A stretch of 64,000 bases of DNA from Sandaracinaceae bacterium (GTDB taxonomy: Bacteria > Myxococcota_A > Polyangia > Polyangiales > Houyiibacteriaceae): NCBI GenBank assembly GCA_020633075.1, contig JACKEI010000008.1:21360-85359 (forward strand). The letters are read 5' to 3'. The notes under the pieces were generated by a model, which saw only the letters and a program-made list of their open reading frames with translations, ran no database searches and was not told the origin of the DNA. Below, piece by piece: positions 57,117-64,000 of the stretch. The translations under genes were made by a program, and so were the position numbers. The first letter of the stretch is position 1. Each line of letters begins with the position of its first letter.

Positions 57117-58274
57117 TCAGGCCGAAGCGGCCATCCCGTGGAAGTCCGCTGGGCTGCCAAGGGCGGGACGCTCGGTCACGGCCATGACGTGCTGAACCAG
57201 CTGTCGGTAGTCCGTCGCGCCGTGGCACTCGGGGTCGTATTCAAAGATGCTCTGCTTGGCCGTGGGGGCCTCGCGTAGGCGCGTGTTCACCCGGATGGGC
57301 GGCAGACACTTCTCGCCGAAGTGCTTGCGCAGCGCCTCCACGGCGTCCCGCGCCACACGGTTGCGGGCGTCGTAGAAGGTGGGCAGCACACCCACGATGT
57401 CCACGTCGTGCTTCAAGAGCTCGCGCACGTTGCGCAGCGTCTTCAACACCTGCTTCACGCCCACCAGCGACAGGTAGTCGCACGACACGGGCACGATGAC
57501 GCTGTCCGCGTACACCAGCGCGTTCTGGTTCATGAGCGAGAGGGCCGGCGCGCAGTCCAGCACCACCACGTCATAGGCGTCGCCGAGCGTGCCGAGGCGC
57601 TCGCGCAGCACGCGGTCGCGGCCCGTGCGCTGAGCGAGGTGCAGCTCGGCCGCGGCCAGCGACTCGTTGGACGTGATCACGTCGAGGCCCTTGCGCACCG
57701 GGATGGCGGCCTCTTCGGGGGCCAGACCGTGCACCAGCACGTGGTAGAGGGTCTTCTCGCCGCGGATACCGAGCGACGCGCCAACGTTGCCCTGCCCGTC
57801 CGCGTCCACCAGCAAGACGTTGTAGCCAGCCTCGGCCAGCCCGGCCGCGAGGTTCACGGACGTGGTGGTCTTGCCCGTGCCGCCCTTGTGGTTGAACACC
57901 GCGATGCGACGCACCACACGGGGCGGCGCGATCAGCCCGCTGCCGGTCTCCTGGCGCTCGACCGCCGCGGTGCGGCACTCCGTGGAGCAGTAGTAGCGGC
58001 GCTCGCCGTCGGTGACGGCCGCCTGAAAGGGGTACTCCAGCTGGAAGCTGCGCGCGCACACGTCACACACGCAGCCGGGCTCGCTCGCTGCGGGGCCATG
58101 CCCGTCGTGGTGGTTGCCCGCCCGCTCGGCGTCGACCGCGCCGGAGAGCAGGCGCTGCTGGCAGACCATCGAGCACACGTACACGAACGAGCCAGCTTCC
58201 TCGCGGACCTGGTAGCGAAAGCGCACTTCGAAGTCGCGCTCGCACACGCGACAGACACCATGAGGTGACGACAT
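57117..58274 (-). CDS. ParA/MinD-family P-loop ATPase with two N-terminal TRASH/FCS-type zinc ribbons
   Basis: There are two copies of C-X2-C-X22-C-X3-C: CRVC...VCSMVC and CDVC...YCSTEC. The deviant Walker A is FNHKGGTGKTTT, Walker A' is LLVDADGQGN and Walker B is VVVLDCAP. The start is the ATG at 58274 (MSSPHGV); the 458-aa ORF-track entry is a read-through into the repeat field. Confidence 0.85.
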   Translation of the reverse strand: MSSPHGVCRVCERDFEVRFRYQVREEAGSFVYVCSMVCQQRLLSGAVDAERAGNHHDGHGPAASEPGCVCDVCARSFQLEYPFQAAVTDGERRYYCSTECRTAAVERQETGSGLIAPPRVVRRIAVFNHKGGTGKTTTSVNLAAGLAEAGYNVLLVDADGQGNVGASLGIRGEKTLYHVLVHGLAPEEAAIPVRKGLDVITSNESLAAAELHLAQRTGRDRVLRERLGTLGDAYDVVVLDCAPALSLMNQNALVYADSVIVPVSCDYLSLVGVKQVLKTLRNVRELLKHDVDIVGVLPTFYDARNRVARDAVEALRKHFGEKCLPPIRVNTRLREAPTAKQSIFEYDPECHGATDYRQLVQHVMAVTERPALGSPADFHGMAASA

Positions 58275-58380
58275 GAGTCCTCGTTGCTCCGTTGCAGAGG
58301 CAGTTAATGAAACGCCTCTCTCATCCGGTAGTTCACCCGGGGGGCGCTGGTCAAAAAACCTGCAAGCCCAACTGCGAGAC

Positions 58381-58521
58381 GCCGGCGGGGGGCGGGCCTC
58401 CGCGAGGGCCCGGTCGCGCAGGCGCTCCCTGCGGTGCCTCCGCCCAATTCGGCGTGTCGTTGCACGACACTTGAATTGGGGCCCCCCCGACACCCTTCGC
58501 CGAGGCCCGCCCCCCGCCGGC
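58381..58521. repeat. Palindromic GC-rich element, copy A (141 bp)
   Basis: The terminal arms are a perfect 20-bp inverted repeat: GCCGGCGGGGGGCGGGCCTC at 58381-58400 and its reverse complement at 58502-58521. The core is CCCAATTCGGCG-[GTGTCGT tgc ACGACAC]-TTGAATTGGGGCCCCCCC. Confidence 0.85.
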
Positions 58522-58549
58522 TCTCACCTGAGCCCATTGGTTGCTCGAC

Positions 58550-58676
58550 TGGCCTCGACGGGTGCTCTCCGGGGTCGTTCGTGCTCGGGTGGGGGGACAC
58601 GAGTGGCCTCGACGGGTGCGCTTGGTGCGTGCCGGGCTCGGAGGGCTTGGAGGGCTCGGCTGATGCGCTTGGTGCG
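58550..58676 (+). repeat. Short perfect direct repeats in non-coding DNA
   Basis: TGGCCTCGACGGGTGC occurs at 58550-58565 and 58604-58619. TGCGCTTGGTGCG occurs at 58617-58629 and 58664-58676. GGGCTCG occurs at 58634 and 58652. Confidence 0.8.
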
Positions 58677-58704
58677 CGCGAGGCGGCCCGTGGGCTCGCC
58701 CGAC

Positions 58705-58724
58705 CTCAGCTGAGCTCAGCTGAG
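58705..58724. repeat. Tandem duplication of the self-complementary decamer CTCAGCTGAG
   Basis: CTCAGCTGAGCTCAGCTGAG, read directly. Each unit is its own reverse complement and the period is 10 bp. Confidence 0.85.
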
Positions 58725-58794
58725 CACCCCCACGCGCCCGAGGACACGGACGGGCTCGACCCCGAGCCCCCCGCGCATCCTCCAGGCGCACGCG

Positions 58795-58941
58795 GGAGGG
58801 GGCGCGGGGGCAGGTCCCAGCAAGGGGATTGGGGGGGCCCTAATTCAAGCGTCGCTGCGCGACGCGCCGAATTGGGGGAGGAACCAGAGGGAGCGCCAGC
58901 GCGACCGGCCCCGCCGCGGGACCTGCCCCCGCGCCCCCTCC
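58795..58941. repeat. Palindromic GC-rich element, copy B (147 bp), inverted relative to copy A
   Basis: The terminal arms are a perfect 24-bp inverted repeat: GGAGGGGGCGCGGGGGCAGGTCCC at 58795-58818 and its reverse complement at 58918-58941. The reverse complement of the core reads CCCAATTCGGCG-[GCGTCGC gca GCGACGC]-TTGAATTAGGGCCCCCCC, which is collinear with copy A. Confidence 0.85.
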
Positions 58942-58972
58942 TCACGATCACGCCCGGATCACCCGGTGAGCC

Positions 58973-60876
58973 CTACAGGTCGAGCTCGTCCGCGTCCGCC
59001 TGTTGGGCGCGCTCCATGATGAACTCGTACCGGCTCTGCGGGTCCTTGCCCATCAGCTGGCTGATGACCGTCTCGGCCTCGAGCGCGTCCTCGATGGTCA
59101 CCCGCAGCGCGCGGCGCTGCCGCTTGTCCAGCGTGGTCTCCTTGAGGTCGCTGGCAGGCATCTCGCCCAATCCCTTGAAGCGGCTGATGTCGGGCTTCAC
59201 GTTGCGCGGCAGGCCCTTCAGGATCTTGTCGCGCTGCTGCTCGTCCAGAGCCCAGTAGGTCTCCTTGCCCGCGTCGATGCGGAAGAGGGGCGGCTGCGCC
59301 AGGAAGATGTGCCCGTTGCGGATGAGCGACGGCATCTTGCGGTAGAAGAAGGTCAGCAGCAGCGTGGCGATGTGGTGCCCGTCGCTGTCGGCGTCCATCA
59401 GCAGGAAGACGCGGCCGTAGCGCAGCTTGGTGATGTCGAAGCCCTTGCCGATGCCGGTGCCCAGGGCGCTGACGATGTTCTGCAGCTCCTTGTTGGCCAG
59501 CACCTGCGCGTCCGTGGCACGCTCGGCGTTCAACACCTTGCCGCGCAGCGGCAGGATGGCCTGCGTGCGCCGGTCGCGCGCGGCCTTGGCGTTGCCACCG
59601 GCCGAGTCACCCTCGACCAGGAACAGCTCGCAGTCCGCCGGGTCGGTGCTGGCGCAGTCGCTCAGCTTGCCGGGCAGGTTCAGGCGGTGACTGACCGCCG
59701 TCTTGCGGCTGACCTGCGCGCTGGCGGCGCGGCTGGCTTGACGCGCACGCGCCGAGATGATGATGCGCGCGACGATGGCCTCGGCAGCCGACGAGTTGTT
59801 GTGCAACCACTGCTCGAGGGCCGTGCGCACCGCGTTCTCGATGGGGGCCGTGACCTCGGCGTTGTTCAGGCGGTCCTTGGTCTGCCCCTGGAACTGCGGC
59901 TCGCTCACGTACGCGCTGACCAGCGCCACCACGCCCTCGCGGATGTCCTCCGCGACGATCTTGAGGCCCTTGGGCGCGATGTTGTGCGCGTCCATGTAGC
60001 CACGGATGGCCTTGTTCACGGCCTGCTTGAAGCCGTTCTCGTGCGTGCCGCCGTTGGTGGTGGGGATGCCGTTGGCGTAGCTCTTGATGAGCTCGTCGGT
60101 GCCCTCGGTCCACTGCAGCGCCACCTCGATGCGCGGGTCCCCCTCGCGCTCGTAGGTGAAGGCCACCGGGTGGATGGCGGGCTTCTTGCGCTGCGCCACC
60201 AGCTTGGTGAGGAAGTCCGCGATGCCGTTCGGGTGGTGGAACTCCTCGCGCGTGCCGTCCTTCTCGAAGCGCAGCACGATCTTGAGGCCGCGGTGCAGGT
60301 AGCTGGTGGCCTCCAGGCGCTCGCGGATGCGGTCGGGCTCGAAGGCCCCGCTCTTGCCGAAGATCTGCGGGTCCGGCTTGAAGTAGATCTCGGTGCCCTT
60401 CTTGCGCGCCTCGCCGATCCGCTTGACCGGCGCCTGCGGCACGCCCCGCTCGTACGTCTGGCGGTACTCGCTTCCGTCACGGCAGATGGTGGCCTCGAGG
60501 TGTTCGCTCAGCGCGTTCACCACCGACGAGCCCACGCCGTGCAGACCGCCCGACACCGCGTAGCCCTTGCCGCCGAACTTGCCGCCCGCGTGCAGCGTGC
60601 AGAGGATGAGCTCGAGCGCGCTCTTCTTGAACTTGGGGTGCTTGTCCACCGGGATGCCGCGGCCGTTGTCCGACACGCGCGCGCCCTTCCAGTCCGCGTC
60701 GATGGTGACCTCGATGCGCGAGGCGTGACCGTTGATGGCCTCGTCCACGGAGTTGTCCACGATCTCCCAGAGGAGGTGGTGGTAGCCCGTGCGGTCCGTG
60801 CCGCCGATGTACATGGCCGGGCGCTTGCGCACCGGCTCGAGCCCCTCGAGGACTTCGATCTGATCTGCGGAGTAAC

Positions 60877-60880
<4 letters not shown>
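58973..60880 (-). CDS. Type IIA DNA topoisomerase ATPase (B) subunit, ParE-sized (GyrB/ParE family)
   Basis: The GHKL ATPase motifs are [26 protein letters not shown] and GGLHGVG. The Toprim motifs are [12 protein letters not shown] and [16 protein letters not shown] is also present. At 635 aa it lacks the ~170-aa insert of proteobacterial GyrB. Its ATG overlaps the A-subunit stop (ATGA). Confidence 0.9.
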
Positions 60881-63309
<2,429 letters not shown>

Positions 63310-63367
63310 TCGCGTTCAGGAGTGCGGGGTGCGCAGATACCAAGGGCCACGCGCGGGAGCAAGCCCG

Positions 63368-64000
63368 TCAGTGGTCTTCGGTGCGCGGAGGCACGGGCGC
63401 GAAGTGGTTCAGAGGCCACACACCGGCCCCGCGCGGAGGCGCCGTGAGCAGGGCGCGGCGCACCCACTCTTTGGCCTGAATCACCGCGTGCAGGGGCTCT
63501 TCTCCCTGCGCCAGGCGGGCGGCGATCGCGCTCGCCAGGCTGCAGCCCGTGCCGTGCCCGGCGCCCGTGACCACGCGCTCGGCGTGCAGGTCGTGAAGCG
63601 ATCCGTCGAGGGCCAGCACGTCCACCGCAGGGCCCTCGAGGTGGCCGCCCTTGACCAGCACGGCGCGCGGGCCGAGGTCCAGCAGCGCTCGGGCGGCGTC
63701 GCGCGCCTGCGCCAGGGTGGTCACCTCGCGCCCCGTCAGCCAGGCGGCCTCGGCCAGGTTGGGGGTCAGCACGGTCACGTGAGGCAGCAGCTCGCGCAGC
63801 AGGACGTCGCGCGCGTCGTCGCTCAGCAGCGCGCCACCCGGCCCGGCCGACGCCAGGCGCACCGGGTCCACCACGGCCAGCAGGCGGCCGGGTGCCGCCC
63901 GCTCCCGCAGCGCTTCCGCCACCGCCTGCACGTTCTCCGCCGAGCCCAGCGCGCCGGTCTTGAGCACACGCACCGGGAGGTCCGTGAGCACGGCCCGTAG
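63368..64000 (-). CDS. thiD: Hydroxymethylpyrimidine/phosphomethylpyrimidine kinase. Partial: the N-terminus lies beyond the window.
   Basis: Motifs KTGALGSAE, VDPV, ITPNL.EA, VLVKGGHL and GTGCSLASAIAARLA are present. The frame is open to position 64000, and the usual N-terminal ~60 aa (AGSD.GGGAG) are missing. Confidence 0.85.
   Translation of the reverse strand, partial: LRAVLTDLPVRVLKTGALGSAENVQAVAEALRERAAPGRLLAVVDPVRLASAGPGGALLSDDARDVLLRELLPHVTVLTPNLAEAAWLTGREVTTLAQARDAARALLDLGPRAVLVKGGHLEGPAVDVLALDGSLHDLHAERVVTGAGHGTGCSLASAIAARLAQGEEPLHAVIQAKEWVRRALLTAPPRGAGVWPLNHFAPVPPRTEDH

Noticed and set aside
58349-58354. TTGACC (minus strand) preceded by a T6 run upstream of the ParA-like gene, considered as a -35 box or terminator tail.
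   Set aside because: The best -10 at an 18-nt spacing is TACCGG. The T-run lies ~20 nt from the end of palindrome A, so neither a promoter nor an intrinsic terminator is well supported.
58381-58941. The palindromic elements interpreted as an IS element, MITE or CRISPR remnant.
   Set aside because: There is no transposase, no target-site duplication that I could see, and only two copies in the window. The compensatory changes point to a structural role. Mobility cannot be judged from one window, so I report them as repeats only.

Overview
This is a high-GC, almost fully coding chromosomal segment. I call 45 CDS, most of them on the minus strand. Several hallmarks point to a myxobacterium (Myxococcota): a MYXO-CTERM-like tail, Myxococcus-type Cys-rich repeats, a giant STAND Ser/Thr kinase, and sigma-54 machinery. 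Most of the content is housekeeping:
- the mreB-mreC-mreD-mrdA-rodA morphogenesis cluster;
- a regulatory PTS/sigma-54 cluster split into three transcription units (rpoN-hpf, hprK-ptsN, rapZ-ptsH-ptsI);
- alaA, metG, holB, hemH, pheA, argA, guaB and a partial thiD;
- a type IIA topoisomerase A/B pair;
- a SNF2-SWIM helicase, a HelD-like helicase and a pseudouridine synthase-methyltransferase fusion;
- a TonB-dependent receptor, a TetR-controlled alkylsulfatase and a FadL-like outer membrane protein;
- two unrelated Cys-rich extracytoplasmic proteins.

I recognised no rRNA, tRNA, CRISPR array, transposase or integrase.

The most unusual locus lies at about 56.8-59.0 kb. A 700-bp non-coding field sits between the topoisomerase operon and a ParA-like ATPase gene. 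The field contains two related ~145-bp palindromic elements that show compensatory base-pair changes, plus a set of iterated short motifs. The ParA-like ATPase carries two N-terminal TRASH-type zinc ribbons and is followed by a small basic-tailed ribbon-helix-helix protein. Together these look like an undescribed chromosomal type-Ib-like partition or cargo-positioning module.

Other points worth a second look:
- a near-consensus sigma-54 promoter in front of a PP2C phosphatase;
- an AT-rich perfect palindrome at the TonB-receptor start;
- a TetR operator;
- a TPR-dynamin GTPase;
- overlapping tetR-holB-hemH genes.

All calls rest on reading the translated ORFs and the raw sequence by eye. No homology search, RNA folding or statistics could be run. 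Start codons in particular are provisional.
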